Source: Spirochaetia bacterium
Lineage (GTDB): Bacteria; Spirochaetota; Spirochaetia; SZUA-6; Bin103
Assembly (NCBI GenBank): GCA_965199955.1
Contig: CBDATQ010000002.1
Coordinates: 1,536,001 to 1,600,000 of the forward strand
Direction: 5' to 3'
DNA length: 64,000 bases
The first letter of the stretch is position 1, and the number at the start of each line of letters is the position of its first letter. Made by a program: the position numbers and the translations under genes. The notes below the pieces were generated by a model. The model had not been told where the DNA came from, searched no databases, and saw nothing but the letters and a program-made list of their open reading frames with translations. Shown here in pieces: positions 9,386 through 19,053 of the stretch.

Positions 9386-10648
9386 ATGGACGGCAGAATC
9401 GCTTCGGTCGAGCGCACCCTGCACTGGGTGCCGATGGTGGACCGCATCCGCCTCGAGATGGAGCGGGCGGGCATCCACGCGTGGTCGGAACTCGAGGTGA
9501 TCCGCGTCACCAGCGAGTCCGGCGTCGTCGGCTGGGGCGAGACCATCCAGAACTACACCTGGGGCCGCGCCGATCTCGACGAGCGGGTGATCGGCCGGTC
9601 GCCGTTCGACCTGTACTGGGACGACAGCCTTGGCGCCGGCCTGCAGATGGCGGTGCTGGACCTGGCCGGCAAGCTGGCCGGCGTACCGGCGCATCGCCTG
9701 CTCGGCGAGCAGGTGCGCAGCCACTGCCCGCTGTCGTTCTGGGACCACGACATGTCGCCGGAGCTGTACGAGGCGGAGGCGCGCGAGGCGGTGCGCCTGG
9801 GCTACACCTGCATGAAGATCAAGACCCGGCCCTGGTGGGACGTGCACGAGACGATCGCGCGCATATCCGAGGCGACCCCGCCGTGGTTCGCGATCGACGC
9901 CGATTGGAACGACTTCCTGCTCGACGCGCCCACCGCGCTGCCGGTGCTCAGCGCCCTGGAGACGGAGTTCCCGAAGATCAAGATCTACGAGGGACCGATC
10001 CCCGCTGACGACATCGACGGCAACCGGCGGCTGCGCGCGGGGCTGCGCACGCAGATCGCCCACCACTACAACAACGATGCGCGTCAAGGCGTGGCGCGCA
10101 GCGAGCACTGCGACGGCTACGTGATAGGCGGCGGCATCGCCGCCATCAGCCGGGCCGGGCACTTCGCCGGAGCGGCGCGGATGCCGTTCTTCCTGCAGAT
10201 GGTCGGCACCGGGCTGACGACCACCCTGTGCCTGCACCTGGGATCAGTGCTCGCCTCGGCGCGCTGGCCGGCGGTCACCGTGCACGAGCTGTACGAGCAC
10301 AACCTGCTCACCGCGCGTATCCCGGTCTCCGGCGGCTACGGCGCGGTGCCGGCGGGGCCCGGGCTGGGCGTCCAGGTCGACGAGGAGGCCCTCGACCGGT
10401 ACCGCGTCGACCGGGCGGACCTGAGCCTGCCGCGGCGGCTGGTCCGCTACCGGCGTCCGTCCGGGCTGACCGTCCACTTCTCTTCCGAAGCGCGGCCCGG
10501 ATCGACGATGTGGAACTATTTCGCGGCCGGCAACCAGCCTGCGTACGAGGGCGGCGTGGTGACCGAGCTGGTCGAGGACGACGGCAGCGCCGAGTTCCAG
10601 CGCTTGTACGAGCAGACCATGGACAGCCCGGTCGTCGGCAGCGACTGA
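9386..10648 (+). CDS. Mandelate racemase/muconate lactonizing enzyme (enolase superfamily)
   Basis: GVVGWGE, MAVLDLAGKLAGVPAHRLLG, KIK, C-terminal PGLGVQVDEEAL followed by a ~80-aa extension. Confidence 0.85.
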   Translation: MDGRIASVERTLHWVPMVDRIRLEMERAGIHAWSELEVIRVTSESGVVGWGETIQNYTWGRADLDERVIGRSPFDLYWDDSLGAGLQMAVLDLAGKLAGVPAHRLLGEQVRSHCPLSFWDHDMSPELYEAEAREAVRLGYTCMKIKTRPWWDVHETIARISEATPPWFAIDADWNDFLLDAPTALPVLSALETEFPKIKIYEGPIPADDIDGNRRLRAGLRTQIAHHYNNDARQGVARSEHCDGYVIGGGIAAISRAGHFAGAARMPFFLQMVGTGLTTTLCLHLGSVLASARWPAVTVHELYEHNLLTARIPVSGGYGAVPAGPGLGVQVDEEALDRYRVDRADLSLPRRLVRYRRPSGLTVHFSSEARPGSTMWNYFAAGNQPAYEGGVVTELVEDDGSAEFQRLYEQTMDSPVVGSD

Positions 10649-10670
10649 CGAACAGGCGATCCAGCGTTCG

Positions 10671-12293
10671 ATGAGAGCTGCAGACGCGCTGGTGCGCGCC
10701 ATCGTGGCCGCAGGCACGCGGCACGTCTTCACGCTCTCCGGCAACCAGATCATGTCGCTGTTCGACGCGGCGATCGACGTGCCACTGGAGCTGATCCACG
10801 TCCGCCACGAGGCGCCGGCCGTGCACGCGGCCGACGCCATCGGCCGGCTGAGCGGCCGTCCCGGGGTGGCGATGGTCACGGCTGGGCCGGGGTTCGCCAA
10901 CACGCTGTCGGCACTGTACGTGGCGAAGTGCGCGGAGTCGCCGCTAGTGCTGCTGTCCGGCGCCTCGCCGGCTGGCAACCCGGGGGCCGGTGCGTTTCAG
11001 GAGATGGACCAGGCCGGGCTCGCTGCCAAGGTCTGCAAGGCATCGTGGACGTGCACGGACCCAGAACGGATTGCCGGCGACTTCGCGCGGGCGTGGCGAT
11101 GTGCGGCGTCCGGACGCCCCGGCCCCGTGCACGTGGCCCTGCCGGTGGACGTGCTCGAGGCCGCCATTCGGGGGGAGGAACGGGGCGTGGATCCTGATGA
11201 TGTCCCGGCGGTCCCGTCAGCGACAGACCTGGCCATCGTTTGCCAGGCGATCGGCGACGCCGCGCGTCCGCTGGTGATCGCCGGTCCCCCGTACCGCCGC
11301 CGGCACGCCGCCGACGCGATTCGCCTGCTGCGTGACGCGGGCGCCGCGGTGCTGGCGATGGACAGTCCGCGGGGGCTGCGCGACCCGGCGTTGGGCGCGT
11401 TCGCGGAGGCGGTGGCGGAGGCGGATCTGGTCGTGCTGCTCGGCAAACGGCTGGACTACATGCTGGAGCTGGGCGCATCGCCACCCTTCGCGCCGGGCTG
11501 CCGGTTCATGCAGATCGACCCGGAGCCGGAGGCGCTCCGACAAGGTGCGGGCAACGCTGGCGATCGCATGCTGCTGCAGGCGCAGGGCGACCCGGCGGGC
11601 TGGGCGGCCGCGATGGCGAAGCGGCTGGGCGGTTGCTCGCTCGACGCCGGTTGGCGCGCGGCGGTCGACACGGCAGTGGGCTACAGGCCGTCGGAGTGGC
11701 GCAACGTCGGCCCTGGCTCACCAGTCCATCCGGCGCAGCTCGGCTACGCCGTGGACGAATTCCTTGCCGGCTCGTCCGAGTCGGTGTTCGTCTCCGACGG
11801 CGGCGAAGTCGGCCAGTGGGTGCAGGCCTGCGTGAACGCGCCGCACCGCATCATCAACGGCCCCGCCGGCGCGATCGGCTCGGCGCTGCCGTTCGCGCTC
11901 GCCGCGCGCACCCTGTTTCCCGAGGCGCGCATCGCCGCCACCCTGGGCGACGGCACCTTCGGCTTCCACCCGCTGGAGATCGACACCGCCGTGCGCCACG
12001 ACCTGCCGTTCGTGGCCGTCATCGGCAACGACGCCCGCTGGAACGCCGAGGTGCAGATCCAGCACCGCACCTACGGAGCCGACCGGGCCGTCGGCTGCGA
12101 CCTTCGCGCCACCCGCTATGACGAGCTGGCCCGCGCCCTCGACGCCCACGGCGCCGCGGTCGACTCGGCCGCCGAGCTGCCCGCAGCTCTGCAGGCGGCC
12201 TACGCGTCCGGCACTGCCGCCTGCGTCGACGTGTCCCTGCAGCCCCTCGCAGCTCCGGTCATCTTGGATTCACGAGCGAGTTCGATGTCGTGA
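10671..12293 (+). CDS. Thiamine pyrophosphate-binding enzyme (acetolactate synthase-like)
   Basis: VRHEAPA, VTAGPG, GRPGPVH, TPP motif GDGTFGF...GND. Confidence 0.9.
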   Translation: MRAADALVRAIVAAGTRHVFTLSGNQIMSLFDAAIDVPLELIHVRHEAPAVHAADAIGRLSGRPGVAMVTAGPGFANTLSALYVAKCAESPLVLLSGASPAGNPGAGAFQEMDQAGLAAKVCKASWTCTDPERIAGDFARAWRCAASGRPGPVHVALPVDVLEAAIRGEERGVDPDDVPAVPSATDLAIVCQAIGDAARPLVIAGPPYRRRHAADAIRLLRDAGAAVLAMDSPRGLRDPALGAFAEAVAEADLVVLLGKRLDYMLELGASPPFAPGCRFMQIDPEPEALRQGAGNAGDRMLLQAQGDPAGWAAAMAKRLGGCSLDAGWRAAVDTAVGYRPSEWRNVGPGSPVHPAQLGYAVDEFLAGSSESVFVSDGGEVGQWVQACVNAPHRIINGPAGAIGSALPFALAARTLFPEARIAATLGDGTFGFHPLEIDTAVRHDLPFVAVIGNDARWNAEVQIQHRTYGADRAVGCDLRATRYDELARALDAHGAAVDSAAELPAALQAAYASGTAACVDVSLQPLAAPVILDSRASSMS

Positions 12294-12781
12294 CGAGCAG
12301 CCGGGTCTTGCAGTGGCTCGCGAAGCCAAGGGACGCGCTCAGCGCGATGATCGCGGCGGGACGTCCCGGCGGACTCGTTCTGGTCCTGGACTACAACCAC
12401 GAGAAGGTCCTGCTCGAGCTTCCGCCACCGCCAGCCGCGGCGCGACTCTACGACGCCCTTCTCGCGTGGCGGGCGGACGCGGGGATGTCGAACGCGATTG
12501 CCGATCGGCTTGAGGACTGGTTCCGGGAAGCCGGACTCGATTCCGTCGCCGTGACGCCTCAGCACGAAGTGACCGGCCGAGGCGACACGGACTTCGCTGA
12601 ACAGATCCTTCTCCGGGCCAAGGTAGCGGAACGCCGAGGGGTGCAGATGGTGGCCGACGGATACCTCACAGAGGCCGAGCGTGCCCTGGCCGAGCAGCAA
12701 TTCCGGCTATGGGCGGCCGACTCCGCGATCCGTCAGCGGCTCTATCTCCTGTGCGTCGAGGGCATCGTTCCGCAGCGGTAA
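12290..12781 (+). pseudogene. Class I SAM methyltransferase, C-terminal part only
   Basis: Starts at SRVLQWL..P..AL..M....RPGGLVLVLDY; the N-terminal GxGxG SAM-binding motif is missing. Confidence 0.6.
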
Positions 12782-14088
12782 GGGCACGGGGGCTTGGTCA
12801 CCAGTTCGGTGGCTCCTAAGGTTCGGCCCATGAAACCCGAAACCAGGGCGGCCAGGGAGTGGCCGAGCGTCCTCAGGACCGTCCCGAGGGCCCTGTTCCT
12901 GTTCTTCCGGGCCGCGCCGGGTCTGTCGCTGACCCAGCTCGTCATCACGGCGATTCGCGCCGTCATACCCCTGCTCGTGCTCGGCGTCGCAAAACTGTTC
13001 GTGGACGTCGCCGTGGAGGTCATCGGCGGCGGCACGCTCGTCCTTCCCGTCGTGGGCGTGACTGCCGACTCCGCCCAGGGACTCTACCTGCTGGGAGGCT
13101 TGCTGCTGTCGGTCTGGCTGCTGGACAAGGCGACCGGTGCCGCGGAGGAGATCGTGCGTACGCACTCGACGAATCGGGTGGAGTCCCACGTGCACGCGCT
13201 CATCATGCGCAAGTGCAGCACGCTCGATGCGGCGTTCTACGAAAGCCCAAAGTACCTGGACCTCCTGGAACGTGCCGTGCGCGGCGCGCTGATGAACTCG
13301 CTGAGCTTCATGTGGGGCTTCTACTTCCTGGTGCAGGCGGCCATCTCGCTGGTCGCGATCATCGCGGTCCTGTCGACCATCCACTGGGTCATTCCCGTGG
13401 CGATGGTGCTGTCCGCGCTGCCGCAACTGATCGCCACGAGCTGGTTCGCCAGGCGGGGCTGGGCGCTGGAGAACAGTCTGTCCACCCACTACCGGCTCCT
13501 GAAGTACCTCACCGCATTGATGAGCGAGCGCCAGGCGGCGAACGAGGTGCGGCTGTTCGGCCTGTCGGACTACTTCATCCCCCGCTTTCGGCAGGTCAAC
13601 GAGCAGCGGCTGCGGCGCGAGCAGTCCTTCACGCGGAAGAGCACGTTGTGGCGAGCGAGCCTCGGCCTCCTTTCGGACGCCGCCGTGGCCGGCGTGTGGG
13701 TGTTCATCGTGCTCAGGGCGCTGGCCAGAGCCATCTCGGTCGGGGATGTCGTGCTGGGCACGCAGGCCGCCTGGAAAGGCAAGGAGGCGCTGCAGCAGAC
13801 CTTCAGCTATGGCGGGCAGTTCTTCGAGCAGACGCTGACGCTGGTCAACCTCTTCGCGTTCCTTGATCTCGACCCCGCGGCGGTGCCGGGCTCGCTGCAG
13901 AGCAACGACGTGAAGCGCCGGATGCCGGAGACGATCGATCGTGTGGAGTTCAGGCACGTCAGCTTCGCGTATCCATCGGTGCGGGGGAACGTGCTGGACG
14001 ATGTCAGCTTCGTGATGGAAGGCGGGCAGAAGGTTGCGCTGGTCGGGCGGAACGGTTCGGGCAAGACGACGATCGTCAAGCTGCTAAC

Positions 14089-16080
14089 CCGAAGTTCCAG
14101 AGCGTGAATCTCTCGTAACTTCATTGACAGAAATTAGTTGCAAGGTGATCTGCGTGCTGATTGGCGTCGTTTCGTGTCCATGTAGATGGTGGTGAATAGC
14201 GGCGAGATACATGCTATTTGATCTTGACATATCGTGACTTGTGTGTATTCTGTTGCCACAGATCAGTAGTCATGTACATCGAGTCTGTCCCCAACCGCTC
14301 CTCTCCCCCTGCCATCCTGCTCCGCGAGTCCTACCGCGAGCACGGCAAGGTCAAGAAGCGCACGCTCGCGAACCTCTCCAAATGGCCCCCTGATCTGGTC
14401 GACGGCTTGCGCACCCTGCTCAAGGGCGGCCACGCCTTCGCCTCGGTCTCGGATGCGTTGCTGCTCACGCGCTCGCTGCCCCACGGCCACGTCGCCGCCG
14501 TGCTGGGCATCCTCAAGCAGCTCGGACTCCATACCCTCATCGCCCGCAAGGCCAGCCGCTCGCGCGAGCTGATCATCGCCATGATCACCGCCCGCGTCAT
14601 CGACGCGCAGTCCAAACTGGCCACCGCCCGCGCGCTCTCACCGCCCAGCGCCGTGTCCACCCTGGGCGAGTCGCTGCGGTTGGGGGAGGTCGATGAGAAC
14701 GAGCTCTACGAGGCGATGGACTGGTTGGTCGGGCGCCAGGCGGCGATCGAGGACCGCCTGGCCGAACAGCACCTCAGCGAGCACACGCTGGTGCTCTACG
14801 ACGTGAGCTCGACCTACTTCGAGGGCAGCCACTGCGAGCTGGCGCAGTTGGGACACAGCCGTGACGGCAAGTCGGGCACGCTGCAGATCGTGTTCGGGCT
14901 GCTGTGCACCCAGGAAGGCTGTCCGGTGGCGGTGGAGGTATTCCCTGGCTCTACCGCCGACCCGAAGACGGTGAGCGCGCAGGTGGACAAGATCCGCACC
15001 CGCTTCGGGCTCACGCGGGTGGTGCTGGTCGGCGACCGCGGGATGCTGAGCGCGGCGAGGATCCGCGAGGACCTGCAAGAGGTGGAGGGGCTGCGCTGGA
15101 TCACCACGCTGCGCGCGCCGACGATCCGCAAGCTGGTGGCCGCCGGCGAGGTGGCGCCGTCGTTGTTCGACGAGCGCGACCTGGCCGAGATCACCAGCGA
15201 GGAGTTTCCGGGCGAGCGGCTGATCGTGTGCCGCAACCCGTTGCTGGCCGACGAACGGGAGCGCAAGCGCCAGGAGCTGCTACAGGCCACCGAGCAGAAG
15301 CTGGCCCCGATCGCTCAGGCCACCCAGCGCGTCCATCAGCCGCTACGGGGCGAGGCCGAGATCGGCATGCGGGTCGGCAAGGTGATCAATCACTACAAGG
15401 TGGGCAAGCACTTCGTGACCGAGATCACCTCCGAGTCGTTCAGCTTTCGGCGCGATGAGGCCAAGATCGACGCCGAGCAGGCGCTGGACGGGCTGTACAT
15501 CGTGCGCAGCAACGTGGAGCCGCAGGTGCTCGACGCGGCGCAGACGGTGCGCGCCTACAAGGGGCTGTCGAAGGTGGAGCGGGCGTTTCGGTGCATGAAG
15601 TCCGTGGACCTGAAGGTGCGCCCGATTCACCACCGGCGCGCGGATCGAGTGCGGGCGCACGTGCTGCTGTGCATGCTGGCCTACTACGTGGAGTGGCACA
15701 TGCGGCGCTCGTTGGCGCCGTTGCTGTTCGACGATCACGATCGACAGGGCGCCGAGCGCAAGCGGGTCTCCGAGGTGGCTCCGGCGCAGCGATCGGCGGC
15801 CGCGGCGGCCAAGGCGTCGAGCAAGCGCACCGAGGACGGGTTGCCGGTGCACAGCTTTCGCACGCTGATCACTGAACTGGGCACGCTGACGGCGAACACG
15901 ATGCAGGTTGCAGAGGGCGGCAGCACGTTCACGCTGCACACGCACCCGACGCCGGTTCAGCAGCGCTGTTTCGAGCTGCTTGGGGTCACGCCCCGCATGT
16001 AGCCATGCACAGGAACCTGCACCATTGAGAAACTACCCTGACCACAAGGACTTCAGGCAATTTCGCTCCTGGAACTTCGG
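14089..16080 (+). mobile_element. IS1634-family insertion sequence, copy 1 (1992 bp)
   Basis: Terminal IRs CCGAAGTTCCAG / CTGGAACTTCGG; 6-bp TSD GCTAAC at 14083-14088 and 16081-16086. Confidence 0.93.
14272..16002 (+). CDS. IS1634-family DDE transposase (intact)
   Basis: MYIESVPNRSSPPAILLRESYR, LYDVSSTYFEG, GHSRDGK, VGDRGM, YKGLSKVERAFR..K, RVRAHVLLCMLAY; upstream TTGACA-16-TATTCT. Confidence 0.93.
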   Translation: MYIESVPNRSSPPAILLRESYREHGKVKKRTLANLSKWPPDLVDGLRTLLKGGHAFASVSDALLLTRSLPHGHVAAVLGILKQLGLHTLIARKASRSRELIIAMITARVIDAQSKLATARALSPPSAVSTLGESLRLGEVDENELYEAMDWLVGRQAAIEDRLAEQHLSEHTLVLYDVSSTYFEGSHCELAQLGHSRDGKSGTLQIVFGLLCTQEGCPVAVEVFPGSTADPKTVSAQVDKIRTRFGLTRVVLVGDRGMLSAARIREDLQEVEGLRWITTLRAPTIRKLVAAGEVAPSLFDERDLAEITSEEFPGERLIVCRNPLLADERERKRQELLQATEQKLAPIAQATQRVHQPLRGEAEIGMRVGKVINHYKVGKHFVTEITSESFSFRRDEAKIDAEQALDGLYIVRSNVEPQVLDAAQTVRAYKGLSKVERAFRCMKSVDLKVRPIHHRRADRVRAHVLLCMLAYYVEWHMRRSLAPLLFDDHDRQGAERKRVSEVAPAQRSAAAAAKASSKRTEDGLPVHSFRTLITELGTLTANTMQVAEGGSTFTLHTHPTPVQQRCFELLGVTPRM

Positions 16081-16824
16081 GCTAACGCGTCTCTACGATC
16101 CGAACGAGGGTCAGATCCTGATCAACGGCGAAGACATCAGGGAGTTTGACCTGGCTGAGCTGCAGCGAAGATTCGCGGTGGTGTTCCAGGACTGCGTGCG
16201 GTATGCGCTCACCGCTCGGGAGAACGTCGGCTTCGGCGACGTCAACCACGTGTCCGATATCGAGCGAGTCCGGGCGGCGGCGGATGCCGCGGTTGTGGAG
16301 GACGATCTGTCGAGCCTTCCCGATGGCTATGAGACGTTTCTCGGCGGCCAGTTCGGGATCGGCAGGGACCTGTCGGGAGGGCAGTGGCAGAAGGTGGGCC
16401 TGGCTCGCGGCTTCATGCGGCAGGGGTCGCTGTTCGTCATCGATGAGCCGACGGCGCACCTGGACGCCCTGGCGGAGTTCGACGTCTTTCGCTCATTCCT
16501 GGAGCTGACGGGAGAGCAGACCTCGGTGATGATCTCCCACCGGTTCTCGAATGTCCGCCTTGCCGATCACATCGTCGTGCTGGATTCCGGACGGGTGGTC
16601 CAGCAGGGAACGCACGAAGAGCTGTCCGCGGTCAGCGGACTGTACGCGCGGATGTTCGAGACGCAGGCCAGCGGATACCGATAGCGCGAAGCCGGCGACG
16701 CGCGGCCGCTTTCAACGGCGTCGAGCATGTCAAGCGCCGCGACCTGCGTCGGCCTCGGCCTGCCGCGGCCGTGATTGAAGCGCCGCGTCATCCGCGTGCG
16801 TATTGGTTACCATAGGAGGCGCAG

Positions 16825-17005
16825 GTGGCAGACTCGGTGACCCTGAGGGAAAGTGGACGTCGGCCGCATCGGCGAGTGCGTCAAGCCGTGGTTGCGTGAG
16901 CTGGTGCACGAGATGGCGCCACGGAACGAGCCTGACGAGGTGAGTACCCAGGTTCTCGACCGCATGACGCGGGTGGAAGAAGAGCTCAAGACTCTGGGCA
17001 AGTGA
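16825..17005 (+). pseudogene. Remnant of a small coiled-coil hypothetical protein
   Basis: AGGAGG then GTG; frameshift near 16850; RIGECVKPWLRELV...VLDRMTRVEEELK followed by an early stop. Confidence 0.4.
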
Positions 17006-17021
17006 GCGGCTCTGCTGTCGG

Positions 17022-18194
17022 TCAGGGCAACCGCCAGCGGACGACCTCGCACACGTTGCGCTGCACGCCCTTGGACTCCGGCGGCTCGTTCAGGAAAGCG
17101 GTGATCATGTAGCAGGTGATCAGCTCATCGTCGTCGAGCTCGACCGTTACCGGCCAGCCGGTATAGCAGTCCGCCGAGACCGCAAGCTGGATCGGCTCGT
17201 CGAAGCTCCACGTTCGGCCGCCGTCTTCGGATGTCTGGGCACACACGCCGAACGGCAGGTGGTAGTTGGTATAGGTCGCCAGCAGCCGGCCGTCGCGCAG
17301 GACGAGCAGGTTCACCTGCACCTCGGCGAGATTGGTCATCGGCCACGGCTCGCACCACGTGGCGCCGTCGTCGTCCGACGCGGTGAGGTAGGTGAGCTGC
17401 TGCCCCTCTCCCTCCGTGCCGGGCGGGTTGGTCCGCAGCGACGCCAGCAGCCGGCCGTCAGGAAGGCGCGCGACCGAGATCTCGCCGAAGGTGCTCACCG
17501 ACCATGCGACGTGTCCCGTCGTGCGCTCCCAGGTCCGGCCGCCGTCCCGCGAGCGGCTCAACTCGAGGTGCGGGTTCGGTGCGAAGTCCCTGCCTGCCGC
17601 GTCGTAGAAGCGCTGCAGGTACGCCGAGCCGAGCGGGCGCACCATGAGCAGGCTGCCGTCCGCTTCCACCAGCACGTTGCGCGGCTTCCCCAGCCCGTCG
17701 AGGGAATCGGTCGTCCAGGTCCGGCCGCCGTCGGTCGAGCGGTGGTACTGCATCCGGATCCCATTGCCGGGAATCGCCGTCGACTCCACCGTGAGCAGCA
17801 GGGAGTCGTCGTGCAGGGCGGTCAGGCTCATCTCCTTGCCGAGGAGCGTCGTCTCGCCGATCTCCCGCCAAGTCAACCCGCGGTCGGCACTGCGGTAGAC
17901 GTGGACGCCGAACAGCCCATGCACATCGATCCTGCGGCACGCCGCAGCGACCAGCGTGCCGTCGGACAGGCGCGCGATCGCTCCCTTGAAGTTGCCGCGC
18001 GGCCCGACGCGGGTGCGCACGGCGGGCGCCTGCCGCCGCACGAACACGCGCTGCAGGTTGATGCCCGTGAACCCCGAGATCGACGACGGGTAGCGGTCGT
18101 AGTCGTAGCCGGCGAGCAGCGGAGCGTTGCGCGCCGCCTCCTCGGGCGTGGGACGGTCGCCGCCCGCTGCGTTCAGATCCGGCTCGGTGGCCAC
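17022..18194 (-). CDS. Sialidase-like BNR/Asp-box beta-propeller protein
   Basis: Five Asp boxes: SADRGLTW, STDGGRTW, SRDGGRTW, SDDDGATW, SEDGGRTW. Confidence 0.88.
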   Translation of the reverse strand: MATEPDLNAAGGDRPTPEEAARNAPLLAGYDYDRYPSSISGFTGINLQRVFVRRQAPAVRTRVGPRGNFKGAIARLSDGTLVAAACRRIDVHGLFGVHVYRSADRGLTWREIGETTLLGKEMSLTALHDDSLLLTVESTAIPGNGIRMQYHRSTDGGRTWTTDSLDGLGKPRNVLVEADGSLLMVRPLGSAYLQRFYDAAGRDFAPNPHLELSRSRDGGRTWERTTGHVAWSVSTFGEISVARLPDGRLLASLRTNPPGTEGEGQQLTYLTASDDDGATWCEPWPMTNLAEVQVNLLVLRDGRLLATYTNYHLPFGVCAQTSEDGGRTWSFDEPIQLAVSADCYTGWPVTVELDDDELITCYMITAFLNEPPESKGVQRNVCEVVRWRLP

Positions 18195-18197
18195 GGG

Positions 18198-18935
18198 TCA
18201 GCCCCGCCCGGCGGCGATCCGGTCCTTCATCTCGGCCTGCTGCCGCTGCATGCGGGCCACGGCGTCGCGGTACCCGGCGACGGTCGGCGGTCGGGCCGAT
18301 TGCAGGTACGCCAGCACCTCCTGCTCGGCGGCCATGAAGTCGTCTGCCAGAGCGGCTACCTGACGGGCGATCGCCGGCGGGATGGTCACGACGCCGTTGC
18401 GGTCACCATGGATCAGGTCGCCGGGTCGTATGGTGATCCCGCCGACCTGCACGGGGATGCCGGTGCCCACCAGGTAGCTGAACCCGTGCGAGCAGATCGT
18501 CCCGCCGGTGAACGCCGCGAAGCGCAGGGCCTGCACCTGCTCCAGGTCGCGCCCGGCGCCGGAGGTGACCAAGCCGCGCGCCCCGAACGCCTGGTAGCTG
18601 CTGCAGGACACGTCGCCGAAGCAGGCCGCGGCCGGCGGCTCGTCCAGGTCCTGGATCACGACCACCGCGGGGCCGGGCAGCGACTCGAAGGTCTCAAGCA
18701 ACTCGGCGGGCTCGCACCCCTCGCCTTCGGCCGGAGCGTAGGCGGACCGATAGGTCGCCGTAGCCGCATAGCCGACCATCGGCGGCAGGTCGGGATACTC
18801 GCAGCGGATGCGCCGGTCCATGTAGCCGGCGGCCGGTGAGCGCACGTCGAACAGCTCGACGATGTTGCAGATGGTCGGAGTGTCGATGCGAGCCAGATCG
18901 TCGAGGAGGGACGCCTCCGCGGGCGGTGCTGCCAT
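18198..18935 (-). CDS. RraA-like / HMG aldolase family protein
   Basis: IDTPTICN, PPMVGYAAT, GAGRD, IRPGDLIHGDRNGVVTIP. Confidence 0.85.
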   Translation of the reverse strand: MAAPPAEASLLDDLARIDTPTICNIVELFDVRSPAAGYMDRRIRCEYPDLPPMVGYAATATYRSAYAPAEGEGCEPAELLETFESLPGPAVVVIQDLDEPPAAACFGDVSCSSYQAFGARGLVTSGAGRDLEQVQALRFAAFTGGTICSHGFSYLVGTGIPVQVGGITIRPGDLIHGDRNGVVTIPPAIARQVAALADDFMAAEQEVLAYLQSARPPTVAGYRDAVARMQRQQAEMKDRIAAGRG

Positions 18936-19053
18936 GTCGTGCTCCGGGTGTGGCAGCGGGTCGTCCTTGACGGCCGGTGGCACGCTGCCTACGGTGAGTG
19001 ATCTGCGTACCATCATCGACCAAGTCGATGCTTACCACAAGGGAGGATCCCAA

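Larger units (their letters stand above)
12830..16684 (+). pseudogene. ABC exporter (TMD + NBD) gene interrupted by IS1634
   Basis: Walker A GRNGSGKTT before the insertion; LSGGQ, IDEPT and ISHRF after it; removing the IS and one TSD restores KLLTRLYDP in frame. Confidence 0.92.

Noticed and set aside
16690..16800. Imperfect inverted repeat after the ABC exporter stop codon
   Set aside because: Several mismatches and no U-tract, so it cannot be called a terminator
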